Shown piece after piece: positions 38,953-52,412 of a stretch of DNA of 64,000 nt; within the stretch, counting starts at the first letter, position 1; every line of letters starts with the position of its first letter. Source of the stretch: Nemertoderma westbladi (lineage: Eukaryota; Animalia; Xenacoelomorpha); assembly GCA_032718475.1 (NCBI GenBank), contig JAUCBJ010008056.1, positions 62,001 through 126,000 on the forward strand, in the 5' to 3' direction. A program made the translations under genes and the position numbers. The notes under the pieces were generated by a model. It saw only the letters and a program-made list of their open reading frames with translations, did not search any database and was not told the DNA's origin.

Positions 38953-40093
38953 AGGCCAGACGCGTTTCACCGATCCCTACAGAGGTCGGACGCGTTTCAC
39001 TGATCCCTACAGAAGTCGGAAGCGGTTCACCGATCCCTACAGAGGCCGGACGCGTTTCACTGATCCCTACCGAGGTCGGACGCGGTTCACCGACCCCTAC
39101 AGATGCCGGACGCAGTTCACCGATCCCAACAGAGGTCGGACGCGGTCCACTGATCCCCACAGAGGTCGGACACGGTTCAGCGATCCCTACCAAGGTTGGA
39201 CCCGGTTCACCGATCCCTACAGAGGTAGGACTCGTTTCACCGATCCCTACAGAGGTCGAACGCGTTTCACCGATCCCTACTGATGATGGATGCGGTTCAC
39301 CGATCCCTACAGAGGCCGGACGCGCACCTCTGATCCCTACCGAGGTAGGACGTGGTTCACCAATCCCTACAGAGGCCGGACGCGTTTCATCGATCCCTAC
39401 AGAGGTCGGACACGTTTCACCGATCCCTACTGCGGTCGGACGCGTTTCAACGATCCCTACAGATGCCGGACGCTGTTCACTGATCTTTATAGAGGCCGGG
39501 CGTGGTTCACCGATCCCTACAGATGCTGGACATGGCTCACCGATCCCTACTGAGATCGGACGCGGTTCACCGACCCCTACTGATGCCAGACGCGGTCCAC
39601 CGATCCCTGCAGAGGTCGGACGAGGTCCACTGATCCCCACAGAGGTCGGGCGCGGTCCAGCGATCACTACAGAGGTCGGATGCGTTTCACCGATCCCTAC
39701 AGATGTCAGACGTGGTTCACCGATCCCTGCAGAGGTCAGACGCGGTCCACTGATCCCCACAGTGGTTGGACGCAGTTCAGCGATCATTACAGAGGTCGGA
39801 TGCGCTTCACCGATCCCTACAGATGTCAGACGTGGTTCACCGATCCCTGCAGAGGTCAGACGCGGTCCACTGATCCCCACAGTGGTTGGACGCAGTTCAG
39901 CGATCCCTACCAAGGTCGGACCCGGTTCACCGATCCCTACAGAGGTAGGACTCGTTTCACCGATCCCTACAGAGGTCGAACGCGTTTCATCGATCCCTAC
40001 TGATGACGGATGCGGTTCACCGATCCCTACAGAGGCTGGACGCGCACCTCTGATCCCTACCGAGGTAGGACGCGGTTCACCGATCCCTACAGA
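38953..40093. repeat. 30-bp minisatellite block 2, a tandem duplicate of ~37092-38144
   Basis: Same order of variant units as block 1. Confidence 0.95.
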
Positions 40094-40812
40094 GCTGCTT
40101 CTAGTGTTGGTCTTTTTATTAACTCCAGAAAGACCAAAATTCTGACAGTTAACTTTGAAAGTCCTCAGCAAGTCTCTGATCGGATGAGCATAAGCTCAAA
40201 GGATGGTATGCTTGAGCATGTGGACGACTTCTGTTACCTGGGACCATGGATCCGGAAGTCAGGTGAGGACATTCGAATACGTAAGGGAAAGGCATGGGCA
40301 GCCTTGAATAGGCTTTCCAGGATTTGGAAGTCGCAGATAATTAATCGGAAACTTACGGTCCGATGATTTAGAGCAGCAGTAGTTCCAGTACTCCTCTATG
40401 GGAGTCCATGCTGGGCTCTAACTGCTGAGGACACCAAATCTTTGGATGGCACATTCACAAGAATGCTACGCCGTGTTCATTGTGTCAAGTACAATGCACA
40501 CATCTCCAACCAGACACTATATAACATTTGAGGTGTCTCATTGGTTCCCCCCAGCTTGACACTAGAACAAAGTAGCCTCCACTTTGCAGGACATTGCTTT
40601 CGCCGTGAGGACCAGCCAGTGCATAATCTTGTACTTTGGCAGCCTCATGGAGTGAATAAGCATGGTGGACAGCCCATGACTTTGTCTACAGTGTAATAGG
40701 AGGTATAGGCCTTCGCGCAGCACGAGGCTCAGTTATGCAAAAGCAAATTCTAGCTAAAATTAGCGATTTTACTGTATCACAAACTCGGTATCTAAGAAAT
40801 TTATCCAAACAC

Positions 40813-40881
40813 TGGTGTGAATGGTTTAATATCTCATTCATCCTACACACTGACGAATGAGATATTAAACCATTCACACCA
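40813..40881. repeat. Perfect 27-bp inverted repeat made from the LTR U5 end
   Basis: TGGTGTGAATGGTTTAATATCTCATTC (40813-40839) pairs with GAATGAGATATTAAACCATTCACACCA (40855-40881). Confidence 0.97.
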
Positions 40882-40892
40882 TGGCGCAGTCG
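40882..40892 (+). promoter_or_regulatory. Primer-binding site TGGCGCAGTCG, probably tRNA-Ser
   Basis: TGG directly after the CA end; complementary to a CGACUGCGCCA tRNA 3' end. Confidence 0.8.
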
Positions 40893-40983
40893 TGTTCGGC
40901 TCGCGGCGTCCGCGAGTCGGAACCTAACACCTACCGGTAAAGGCACTGTATTCTGATCGTACATAGGCCTATCGCCACTGAGA

Positions 40984-43900
40984 ATGGCCGCTAAACCAAA
41001 TTCGGACGATACGTTTGAACTTACTGGCGAGGAAGTGGACGACATGGATAGGGCGTCCCTACGACTGCATTGCGACAATGCAGGCCTACTAACGAATCCT
41101 AAGGATTCCACCGCCTCTCTAAGGCGGAAACTCCATCGCTATATTGCGGGCGACGAGACACCCGCCGTGCCGACCCAGGCAGCGCCGACGATGGACATCG
41201 CCCAACTTCTTGATAGAATCGAGCAGCAGCGTCGGGCGGATGAAGTAAACCGTGCGACATACGAGGAGGAGCGCGCGAGGCGGGAAGAGGAACGCCGACG
41301 TGCAGATCGAGAGGAACTTCTGCACCTCCTCTTGCAACGCCGCGAAACGCCGGATACACAGATACCCGACAGGCGCCCCCACCACGACGCACCAATAGTC
41401 AAACTTCAAGTTCGCACGCCCGAGAAACTAGAACGGAATACGAAACTCTCAGGATTCCAACATTGGCGGGCGGCATGGGCTAACTACCAGACCATAACTC
41501 GCCTGTCAGACAAACCACGCGAGGAGCAGGTGGCGACTTTTTTCGCCTACTGCAGCACCGAATTGCTGACTGACCTGCACCATTTAATGGGGATTCCCGC
41601 GGACACCGACCTACAAGTCGAGGAAATCTTGGTGCGTATCCACGATCACATACGCGCCCAGCATAACATTATGGTGGACCGGTACCAATTATTAAAAAAC
41701 CGACAGGCGGAGCGACAGACATTCAACGAATACTGGGTGCGACTCCAAGAAGCCTTCGACGACGCCCAAGTCACCGATATGACGCTGGACGACTGGAAGT
41801 TGACCCTCCTGGTATGCGGACTCACCGATGAAAAAACAAGGGAGGAGGTCTTCGCCAAAAAACCTAGACTTGACCTGGCAGACACAGTGGAATTCTGTCA
41901 GGCTCGGGAAGTCGCCGTCAAGGAAACACAGCGACTACAGCGCAGCGTACACGCAATTAGTCAAAACGACCAACCGCAGCAACGCAGCCGCCCCCAATAC
42001 CGATCAAAGAGTAAATCTCGATACCAACGGAATAAATCGGGGCACAGCACCGGACGTGGGCCTTCCGTAAACCGCGACGTCTATAGACGCGCAAAGGAAG
42101 AGGAACGCGAGACGGGACGGTGCATGAAATGCGGGGAAAAACTGCCGCATTCCGGCGATTGCAAGGCAACTGACACACGGTGCCACGTCTGCGGTAAAAA
42201 GGGGCACTTTAAACGCCACTGTCTCGCAACCAGGGCGACTAAAGAACCGAAAAATAGCGGAGCGATAAACATCGATCAACCCTATAATAGCATCGCGTAT
42301 ATGGAACCAGCGCTCGGTTGCGCCCAGCGACGCCCTCTCGTACTGGTCGACTTCTACGTACCCCCCCATAGGAAGGGAGAGTCTCGTGAATTTCTAAGAA
42401 ATGTCGCATGCGTGGCGGATACCAGCGCACAAGTAACTCTCGCGAGTACAGAAATCAAAGAAGAATGGGATTTTCCCCCCGAGGCGAAATTTCGAGACCC
42501 GGACTATCCCCTCACAGGCGCAAATGGGACAACAATTTTCTGCGACAGCTGCATCGATCTGCAGCTGACTACGGGTGGTAAAACCCACACAGAAACTGTC
42601 TACTTATGTCGCGATTTGGGATTTAATACAATTTTCCTTTCGCTGAATGCCTGTGTCGGACTAGGAATAGTACACCCGGAGTTCCCTCGACCCCTACACC
42701 TGGTGGCATCCATAAACGGAAGCACCGACAACGAGCGCGAGGCGCAGCCTTCCCAGTCCACATTAGGGAGTGAAAAAACTTCCCTCCTGGAAGAATACAA
42801 GGATGTGTTCGACTGTAAGGGGACATTAAAGCCCATGGTTGGGCCCCCAATGAAAATCGAGCTGGTAGACGGCGCAGTCCCGTTCTGTCTAAACGCGCCG
42901 CGTTCCATCCCCATCCCCTACCGCGAAAAAGCGAAGGCGGAAATCGAACAGATGTTAAGGAAGGGGGTTATTGAGCGTATTGGGGACAGGCCCGTGGAAT
43001 GGAGCCATCCCATTGTGGTTACTAATAAACCGGGGAGACCTGGGGAAATTAGAATGACTGTTGACCTCACAAAACTCAATAGCCAGGTCAAGCGAACAAT
43101 CCACACTGCGCCGCCCCCCAACAGCCTTGTTTTCGACCGCACCCCGGGAGCCAATGTGTTCACCGTTCTCGACGCAAAATCGGGATATTGGCAAATCGAA
43201 CTCGCGGAAGAATCGCGCGATCTGACGACGTTTATCACTCCGTGGGGCCGATATCGGTACTGCCGGGCGCCTATGGGCTTCATCAGCTCAGGGGATAGTT
43301 TTAACTACCGCGGCGATCTTGCGCTGAACGGGCTGCCCCAGGTAAAGAAAATCGTAGACGATATTCTGGTGGAGGATACAAACATCGACGAACATCGCGC
43401 GCGTGTTAAACAGGTCCTCGACCGTTGCCGTGACAACGGTATCACGCTAAATCCGGAAAAACTCCAATATGCGCAGCCAAGCGTTCGCTTCGCCGGGTAC
43501 ATATTGAACGGCGAAGGGGTAGCGGCGGACCCAAACAAAGTCAGAGCAATCGGCGAGTACCCGACCCCGTTAAATATCACAGACTTGCGAAGTTTTATGG
43601 GGCTGGTCAACCAGCTGGGGTACTTCTCAAGCGAGATTTCAACTACGGCATCACCCCTGCGAGACCTACTACGTGTACGTAACGCATTTGTATGGACTCG
43701 AAACCACGAAGATGCTTTTAACGCCACTAAGGCGGCTCTCGTGAGCCCTCCTGTGCTGGCGTCATTCGACGCCAGTTTACCGACCCCCCTTGAGACAGAC
43801 GCGAGTCGCCTCCACGGTCTCGGGTACGATCTACTCCAACGCCATAACGACGACTGGCGACTTGTCGCATGCGGGAGTAGATTCCTAACGGACCCGGAGA

Positions 43901-45636
43901 CGCGTTACGCCACCATCGAGTTGGAGTGCATAGCGATACAATACGGGATAAAAAAATGCCGTATCTACTTGGCCGGATTACCGACGTTCACCGTCGTGAC
44001 AGATCACCGACCACTCCTTGCAATTTTTAACTCATATAACCTCGACCAAGTCGAGAACAGGAAAATTCAGAAAATGAAAGCGGAATTACAATCCTGTTAT
44101 ACTTTCACCGTCGCCTGGCAGAAGGGGAAGATTCACCGGATCGCCGACGCGTTGAGCCGGGCTCCCGTAGACCCCGCCCCAGACGACCCCGAGGACGAAA
44201 CTCCACCCATTGTGGCAGCGATTGCGGCAAAACTCCAACATGAGGAAACTTTGCATTCCTCGGAAGTGGTTAATAAACCCGCTCAAAGTGCACCACTCGC
44301 GCCGGACTCACACGATGAACTCGTGGAGGAACTGCGGGCAGCAGCGCGCGAGGATCCGGAGTACCGTGAACTCGTGGAGTGCATACGAACCGGCAGCCGT
44401 AATGTTCGCACAACGCCGGCAGTGCAGCAATACCGTTCAATTATCGACAATCTGTCGATATACTTCGACCTCGTGTTATACGGCGATAGGCTGGTGATAC
44501 CCACCGCCAGTCGAGACGAGATCCTGCGGAAACTCCACGCTCCCCATCTCGGAATTACCCGAACTAAACAGCGGGCTCGTACTACAGTCTACTGGCCCGG
44601 AATCAATGCGGACATCGAACGCGCCGTGGGCCAGTGCGACGCGTGCCAAGGGCACCTGCCCAGTCTTCCCAAGGAGACCCTGATGGCAGACGCCACCCCC
44701 ACGCGTCCCTTCGAGTCAGCTTCCTCAGATCTATTCACCCTCGCGGGTAAACATTTTATTGTATACGCCGACAGACTGTCTGGCTACCCCGTCGTACTAG
44801 AGTGGCGGAATGACCCCACTGCACAGCAGTGCATCGACGCCATACGGCGTTTCTTTGTAGACCTCGGGGTCCCCAACGTTTTGCGTACGGACGGCGGCCC
44901 ATAATATGCTGCCGACGTATTCCAGCGCTTCCTCAAAGCGTGGGGTGTGCGCTGGGAGGCGAGCACGCCACACTTCCCTAGCAGCAATGGCCATGCGGAG
45001 GCCAGCGTCAAACAGATCAAAACGCTGCTTAGGAAGGTGCAACACCCTGACATACGCTCTGAAGAGTTCCAACGCGGGCTGTTGGAACTGAGAAACACAC
45101 CACGCGCGAACGGGCGATCGCCCAATGAAACGGTGTTTGGACGACGCCTGCGAACTACAATCCCCGCCCACCACAACCATTATAAACAACAGTGGCAAGC
45201 GGAAGCGGACACGGCGGATAAACGCGCGGAAACACAGCGCGGTAGGGCCATGGAGTTCTATAACCGGTCCGCACATGACCTCCCGCCCATTGCCATAGGC
45301 GACACGGTCCGCATACAGGACCCCCGGTCCAAAAGGTGGACGCGCATAGGACTGGTAGTGGAGGCTGGCCGGCGACGCGACTATCGCGTGAAACTCAATT
45401 CTGGCCGGACATGGTGGCGAAACCGCCGCTTCATCCGACGATATCACTCCACACCACAAGGGGGCGCTTCAGAACCTCCAACCAAACCACCACAATCAGA
45501 TGAACCGGACATACCAAACAATTTCGAAACTGAAAGTAAATCGGCCCTCAGGAAGGCCTATCCCAGGCGTCCCAGTACACTGGCCCAGCGTAAGACAGTG
45601 CATTGGGACATCAACGACCAAAACGCCATGCCATAA
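40984..45636 (+). pseudogene. Gypsy gag-pol with one premature stop (CAA>TAA at 44902-44904)
   Basis: CCHC gag, ADTSAQ protease site, LDAKSGYWQ/IVDD RT, TDAS RNase H, HHCC and DDE integrase; sibling copies have Gln at the stop. Confidence 0.93.
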
Positions 45637-45650
45637 TGCGTTTCGATCGC

Positions 45651-45664
45651 GGAGGAAAAGGGGG
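45651..45664 (+). promoter_or_regulatory. Gypsy polypurine tract GGAGGAAAAGGGGG
   Basis: Pure purine run directly before TGTGG. Confidence 0.9.
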
Positions 45665-45961
45665 TGTGGTATCCAGCTTTGGACTGGGGCCTCAATAACT
45701 GGGGTATACGGCCTACCCGAATGACATATAATAATATACTGCTGTACTGCTTGTGTGTGGCAGCAGCTTCAGAGTCTGTATAATACTGTACACCGCAGCA
45801 CCGGTACATTGGTACTAAACGGCCGCTGCGGCCCTTACATAATGGTGGTGGACCTGGCATATTAATTATAATTCTAATTTGTAATTCTTAACATATATAT
45901 TTGTGTTGCTTAATATAATGCAGTAAGGAAGGACGAATGAGATATTAAACCATTCACACCA
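45665..45961 (+). repeat. Gypsy-A 3' LTR (297 bp, TG...CA)
   Basis: Bounded by the PPT and TSD; inverted copies at 56416-56712 and 60576-60872. Confidence 0.93.
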
Positions 45962-46063
45962 AACACCAGTAAATCAAAGAGAGGAAAAGGCCGGCACAGC
46001 ATTCTTAAAAATGCAGCTGCAATGCAGCATGCCGATCCTAGTAGTAGTAGTAGTAGTAGTAGT

Positions 46064-47110
46064 GACCAGACGCGTTTCACCGATCCCTACAGAGGTCGGA
46101 CGAGGTCCACTGATCCCCACAGAGGTCGGGCGCGGTCCAGCGATCACTACAGAGGTCGGATGCGCTTCACCGATCCCTACAGATGTCAGACGTGGTTCAC
46201 CGATCCCTGCAGAGGTCAGACGCGGTTCACCTATCCCTACAGAGGCCGAACTCGTTTCACCGATCCTTACAGAGGTCGGATGTGGTTCACCGATCCTTAC
46301 AGAGGTCGGACGCGGTTCACCGATCCCTACCGAGGCCGGATGCGGTTCACCGATCCCTACAGAGCCCGGATGCGTTTCATCAATCCCTACAGAGGTCGGA
46401 CGCGTTTCACCGATCCCTACAGAGGTCAGACGCGTTTAAACGACCCCTGCAGAGGCCGGACGCGGTTCACCAATCCCTACAGAGGCCGGACGCGGTTCAC
46501 CGATCCCTACAGACACCGGACGTGGTTTACCGATCCCTACAGAGGCCGGATGCGGTTCACCGATCCCTACAGAGGCTGGGCGTGGTTCACCGTTCCCTAC
46601 AGATGCCGGACGTGGTTCACCAATCCCTACAGAGGCCGGACGCGGTTCACCGATCCCTACAGACACCGGACGTGGTTTACCGATCCCTATAGAGGCCGGA
46701 CGCGGTTCACCAATCCCTACAGAGGCCGGACGCGGTTCACCGATCCCTACAGACACCGGACGTGGTTTACCGATCCCTACAGAGGCCGGATGCGGTTCAC
46801 CGATCCCTACCGAGGTCGGACGTGGTTCACTGATCCCTACCGAGGTCGGACATGGTTCACATATCCCCACCGAGGTCGGACGTGTCTCAGCGATCCCTAC
46901 CGAGGTCGAACGCAGTTCACCAATCCCTACAGATGCCGGACGTGGTTCACCGATCCATACAGAGGACGGACGCGGTTCAGCGATCCCTACAGACGTCGCA
47001 TGCGGTTCACTGATCCCTACAGAGGCCGGACGCGGTTCACCGATCCCGACAGACGCTGGACGCAGTTCACCGATCACGACAGAGGCCGGACGCGGTTCAT
47101 CATTACCCCC
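46064..47110. repeat. 30-bp minisatellite block 3
   Basis: Same unit, decaying at the right end. Confidence 0.97.
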
Positions 47111-47714
47111 CGAGGTCCATCGTGGCTCAAGAATCAGAACAAAGCCAGGTCATGGTGCTAGTATCAGAACCAAGATTGGACAAGTTTCAGACTCTGTACC
47201 AATGGTGGATGCTAATCCCACCAACAATGTTGCCCACGCCCACACAATTTCCAAAACTAAAACTCCTATTGTATTTGATATAACAATTAATAACCCCCCG
47301 GACCAATCACACACCCCCATAACGATAGCCACATGCACACCTGCCAATATAGACATTGTGAATCAACCTCACTGGGACGGTTGTGAGCGGCAAGGTAATT
47401 CGACAGTGGGTGACTGTTCATATCTTCCACATTCTCCTACACTAGCTGCACAGAACACAGTTGTTGTTGAGGAGATCAGCGAAGAAGACAACAATGTCAC
47501 ATTCATTAGGACAGTAAGCAGTAACGTTGGCCCAGCTACCAACTTCTATCCAGACATTATTGAGGGAATCAATGATGAGACAGTGATACTTGCAGCAACA
47601 ACGCGACCAATTGCCAAAGGACTGGTTCTTCTACGAGACAACGACCCCGACTGGCGTTATTTTAACCTACGAGAGGAGCTCTCCACAGATATTGTAGACT
47701 CTTTTCTGTCAATA

Positions 47715-49300
47715 TTATCTGTTTAAAATACTGGTAATGGCTGTAGTAAGTTGACAGGTGTTGGCATTGATAATGTGCTCTACTGTTAGACTCCTGCTGT
47801 CTGGTGATTTACCTATTTTCAAGAGTTTTATTGCGTTGATCACAGTGACATTGGATATTGTGGGCACATGTTTGTCATTGCAGAGATTATCCAATTTCGT
47901 CTGCAAGGTTTGTTTGTCGGCGGCGTTGGTATTGTTCAATGATCTTTGCGAATCAGTTAATCCATACGTGTGTAGACTTCTCCTCGATTACTATGGACGG
48001 AGCATTATCTACCTAAAATTCGGCTCTAGAGTGGACAGAGAGAGCACATGCAAGGGGAACGGGGTGAAACAGGGTTCCCTGATATCTCCTCTTCTCTTTA
48101 ACTTCTTTACAAAGAACGCATTCTCCATTATGAATACCATTGGAATGGGGCACAAAGTCCATACCACAAACATGGGGTGCTCTTCTTTTGCTGACGACAT
48201 ACTACTGATGGGAGGATCCGCAGCTTCCATACAACACTTGGCTAATGTCATATGCGACGAGCTAAAGAAAATCAATCTCTCAATTGACCCCAAAAATATA
48301 TTCTGGATTGCATGCCATGAACATAATTCCAAAAATATACCAAACTTCCTCCACATCAACAATGTCATATACAGCCAATCTAAACACATCACCTATCTTG
48401 GAGTCGCCATCAACAAGGAGCCATCCCACCTCTCAGACATCATTCAAACAATCAACAAATATTCAGGTATCTTCCATAGTAAAGGCTGGACAACGCACCA
48501 TTTCCCGTTGGAAATAGTCGCTGGAAAACTCTGGCTCTTCCAGCAATCATATATCGGATCGTGTATTCGATTGGAAGCTTTAGTGAAACTAAACTGGATC
48601 GCATCGAAACGGCGTATAGAGTCAGCCTTAGGAGTATTCTACACGTGGGATGCTACATCAGCAACGACACGCTTTATTATGCTATGGGTCTGAGGCCCTT
48701 AATTTTAGATGCATACAGGGAATGTACCAGCAAGCTGTTTCGTATTGCGCAGATACCGCACCCGAAACTCGCATGCTCCCTAAAAATAGCATTACTCAGG
48801 AATTACATTCGTGGGAACAAGTACAGTGGCCTTGGACACCTTTACGAGTCTGCTAGATCACACTACAGCCTCCCGGAACTACCATCCTTACTGTTTCATC
48901 GATACTCTACCAAGAGCATTCTATCTAGACTGGTGCGCTTGACCCCATCCCGTCAAAGTATCCTGGATGCAAACTTCCTACACGAGTGCTACGGTACCTG
49001 GGGTCGTACATTCAGCCAAAAGCACAATACTATTTTAAACTACTTCTCTATCGAACCCGACTTGCCTCATTTCACGGCGAACTGACCCAGCCACTACTGC
49101 CTACACAGTTCACATTATAATCTGTTGTATATTACAAATATTCGACATGTGTTGTTTTCTTTTCGTGCCTTGTACATAACTATATTATTACTCGATATTT
49201 TGCACGATTTTATTCAGGTACTCGTTCAACCTTTTACTTGTGAAGTGCAATCTTATCATTTTAGTGTAATATCATTTTATATGATTAATTAATAATAATG
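47715..49300 (+). mobile_element. Truncated LINE (CR1/L2-group-like RT) with an inverted 5' segment
   Basis: + strand GVKQGSLISPLLF, FADDILL, ITYLGV; - strand 47939-47715 AIKLLKIGKSPD..LTVEH, the pre-RT region. Short (TAA)n end near 49290. Confidence 0.75.
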
Positions 49301-49579
49301 AACAATGAAGAATAACTGGAGTGTAACTGGTGAAATATCACCGGAGACACCTTTTTTAAACGCTTATAGCTAAAGAATGAAAGTGAAAATAAAAATTCTG
49401 GCTCACCCAGCAAGGAGGAGGGAGGTGAAACTGACTCTGTTTCAAATTTTATGAAATCTCATTAAGAATTCAAAAGGTGACAACTATATGATCAATCACT
49501 AAAAATTAATTTTTTTATTATTAGCTTTCGATAGCTCTCTCTACTTTTTCAAATAAGCAATTTAATTTAATAAGGATTT

Positions 49580-52374
49580 GTCATGAAGACACTGCCATGA
49601 AGTACAATGACATTGGAAATGGATGGACGTTAGTAACAAGCTCAGCAGTAAGAAACTCGGCCAATGCATCAATTGGTGGAGTAGGAATTCTGCTAAGCCC
49701 ATTTGCACTTAAGACCCTAAACAACATCGAATCTATAAATTCCAGGGTTATGATCGCAACATTTGATGGGAATCCCAAGACAACAGTTATATGTTGCTAC
49801 AGTCCAACCAATGCATCAGAGCCAGAACAAGCAGTCAAGTTTTATGAAGAACTGACTGGATTTATTAAGGACATCCCGAAACACAATGTTAAAGTCATTG
49901 CTGGTGACCTGAATGCGCAAATTGGCCCAGAAGACATCAAGGGTTACACCTATAACACCAGTTCTAACAGAAATGGGTACTTACTTTTAGACCTAATGGA
50001 AGAATGTGAATTGATACCAACAAACAACACATTCGAAAAGAGTAAGGGGAAGCTATGGACCTATCAATACCCTAATGGAACCAAAGCACAACTGGATTAC
50101 ATCCTTATAAACAAAAAGTGGAGAAATAGCATCAACTGCGAGGCATACAGCTCGTTCAACCTAATTGGTTCGGACCTCAGAATTGTGACTGCAGAGATCA
50201 GACTCAGTTTGAGAGCCAGCAAACCCAGGACAAGCAAGCAAATCAACTATGACTGGGAGAAACTCAGAACTGACAATGCTGAAAAGGATGCTTATACAGT
50301 AGAAGTTCAAAACCGCTTTGAAGCACTTCAGTCAATGGATGAAGACCAATCCACCGATTCAATATACCAGAATATAATAACAGCCCACAAGGAATCAGCT
50401 AAGAAGCATATCCCCCAGAAACCTAAACAAAAACAGTATGTGCCATGGCAAAACTCTGAGGTTACTTGTAAGAGAGAAGATCTTAAGATAGCCTACAAAG
50501 TTAAAACCGAACAACCAACAACCGAAAACATTAACAAGGTTGAGAAAGCTAAGGACGATCTTAAATTGGCCTACAACATCAGCCAGGAAAAGTACATACA
50601 GGATAAAACTGAAGCAATTACAACTGCTCACATACAGTAACAATCAAGACTTACCTGGCAAACTGTAAATGAGGTATCTGGTCGGAAAAATTGTGTAAAG
50701 GGGCGCCTCAAAGCCGATAGTCCTGAAGAACGTGTTGGGAAGTGGAAAAATCACTTCAGCAACTTGCTTGGGCAGCCACCAAACATCGAGGTCAGCCCTA
50801 CAAGGAAAATATATGACAAGACACTACCTATAGAAACAGGGGACTTCACACCTGCCGAACTCCAAAGAAGCATTAAAAGCATGTCCAATAATAAAGCGAG
50901 TGGATTAGATGATATCCCAGCGGAGGTATGGAAAACCGGAGTGCTAAATAGACCATTATTGAATGTTTGCAACCGGATGTTAAAAGGGGAAAAGCCACCA
51001 CCAATTTGGACAAAAGGTCAACTAAAGCCTCTCCCCAAGAAAGGAGACCTCGGCATACCAACAAACTATCGTGGGTTCTGTCTGCTTGTGGTAGCTGCCA
51101 AAATGTACAATAAAATGATTCTATATAGGATTAGGCCTCACATAGAGAAACTACTGCGTAAGAGCCAAAACGGATTTCGACCAAGTAGATCAACAATAGC
51201 TCAGATACTTGCACTACGGAGACTGATTGAAGGAATTAAGTCAAAGAATCTCCCCGCAGTCATGACTTTTGTGGACTTCAAGAAGGCATTCGACATAGAG
51301 GCAAATGCTTGAAATCCTAAGAGCTTATGGAATACCAGAAGTAATTGTTGCTGGCATTGGATTGTTATATTGTGACACAGAAGCGCAGGTACTCTCACTA
51401 GATGGTGAAACTGAGTTTTTCTCAATCCTGGCTGGCATACTGCAAGGTGACACATTAGCACCATTACTATTTGTAATTGTGCTGGATTACGCAATGAGGA
51501 CGGCCACAAAGGGTGAAGATCTGGGATTCACACTTCAAGAACGCAGAAGTAGTAGATATCCGGCAACTACAGTCACAGACACCGACTTTGCGGATGAAAT
51601 CGCCCTGCTCTCTAATGCGCTAGCAGATGCACAGCTTCTACTAAATAAAGTGGAGAGGGCTGCTAAGGAGGTTGGATTGCATATAAATGCTACCAAGACC
51701 GAATTCATGACCTTTAATATTGATGGAAACTTGACAACCATTGATAATAATCAACTAAGGAAGGTCGATGACTTCCAGTACCTTGGATCATGGATAGAGA
51801 GTAGCAAAAAGGACATAGAAGTTAGGAAAGCAAAGGCTTGGGTAGCTCTATCAAAAATGGATACCATCTGGAAATCAGATCTCTCCAGGCACCTGAAGAC
51901 CAAGTTCTTTCGAGCCACAGTGGAAAGTGTATTTTTACACGGGGGTGAGACCTGGACACTGACTAAATCACTTGAACAACGAATTGATGGTTGCTACACA
52001 AGACTACTAAGGGCAGCCCTAAACATCAGCTGGAGACAACACATGACAAACGCCGAGCTTTATGGTACAATACCACCTGTATCAACCACCCTCCGTGAAC
52101 GCAGATGGCTCTTAATTCGCAGATTCTTAAAACGCAGATGGATCTTAATTCAGTGGGCACTGCTGGCGAAGTAAAGACGAGGTCATACCAGATCTACTTC
52201 TCTGGCAACCAACTCATGGAACGCGTAGTCGTGGACGACCTGCCATAACATATATAGATCGACTTGAAAGGGATACTGAACTTGGGAGAAACGAAATTGC
52301 GACAACTATGGAGAATCGGGAAGCCTGGAAGGATCTCATTTCCACTGTCCGAGTTCGCTCGACCTAGTAGTAGT
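49580..52374 (+). mobile_element. RTE-clade LINE, 5'-truncated, APE + RT pseudogene
   Basis: GGVGILL, CYSPTN, AGDLNAQIG, QLDYIL (APE); NYRG, QNGFRP, DFKKAFD, GILQGDTLAP, DFADE (RT); stop at 50638, frameshift near 51300, (TAG)3 tail. Confidence 0.9.
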
Positions 52375-52412
52375 AATATTCTAGAATTATTGCACTACAA
52401 ATCAAAAAAATA

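Larger units (their letters stand above)
40813..45961 (+). mobile_element. Ty3/Gypsy (Mag-like) LTR retrotransposon with a hairpin in place of the 5' LTR (Gypsy-A)
   Basis: AACAC TSD at 40808-40812 and 45962-45966, empty site at about 38858, PBS, gag-pol, PPT and a 297-bp 3' LTR. Confidence 0.95.
40094..46063 (+). mobile_element. RTE fragment copy 2, interrupted by a Gypsy element
   Basis: 40094-40812 plus 45967-46063 reconstitute 38145-38952. Confidence 0.88.
36428..47726 (+). pseudogene. Disrupted ORF with a long 10-aa repeat (SPIPTEVGRG), probably transposon-derived
   Basis: A unique N-terminus (36428) runs into the repeat, and the repeat decays in frame into ORF 47202-47726. Interrupted by RTE and Gypsy insertions. 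Confidence 0.55.

Noticed and set aside
36639-40171. Alternative-frame and antisense ORFs over the minisatellite (FTDPYRGRTR, SVGIGEPRPT)
   Set aside because: By-products of a stop-poor 30-bp repeat.
40813-45961. Gypsy-A as a Ginger-type DNA transposon or DIRS element because of its inverted ends
   Set aside because: It has gag, RT, RNase H, a DDE integrase, tRNA PBS, PPT and a normal 3' LTR, and no tyrosine recombinase.
36610-47110. 30-bp periodic arrays as a CRISPR array
   Set aside because: Head-to-tail units without unique spacers, no cas genes, eukaryotic TE context.
36030-49302. AATAATAATGAA at 36030 and 49291 as a TSD around a 13-kb insertion
   Set aside because: Low complexity, and both are better explained as simple-repeat tails of separate LINEs.
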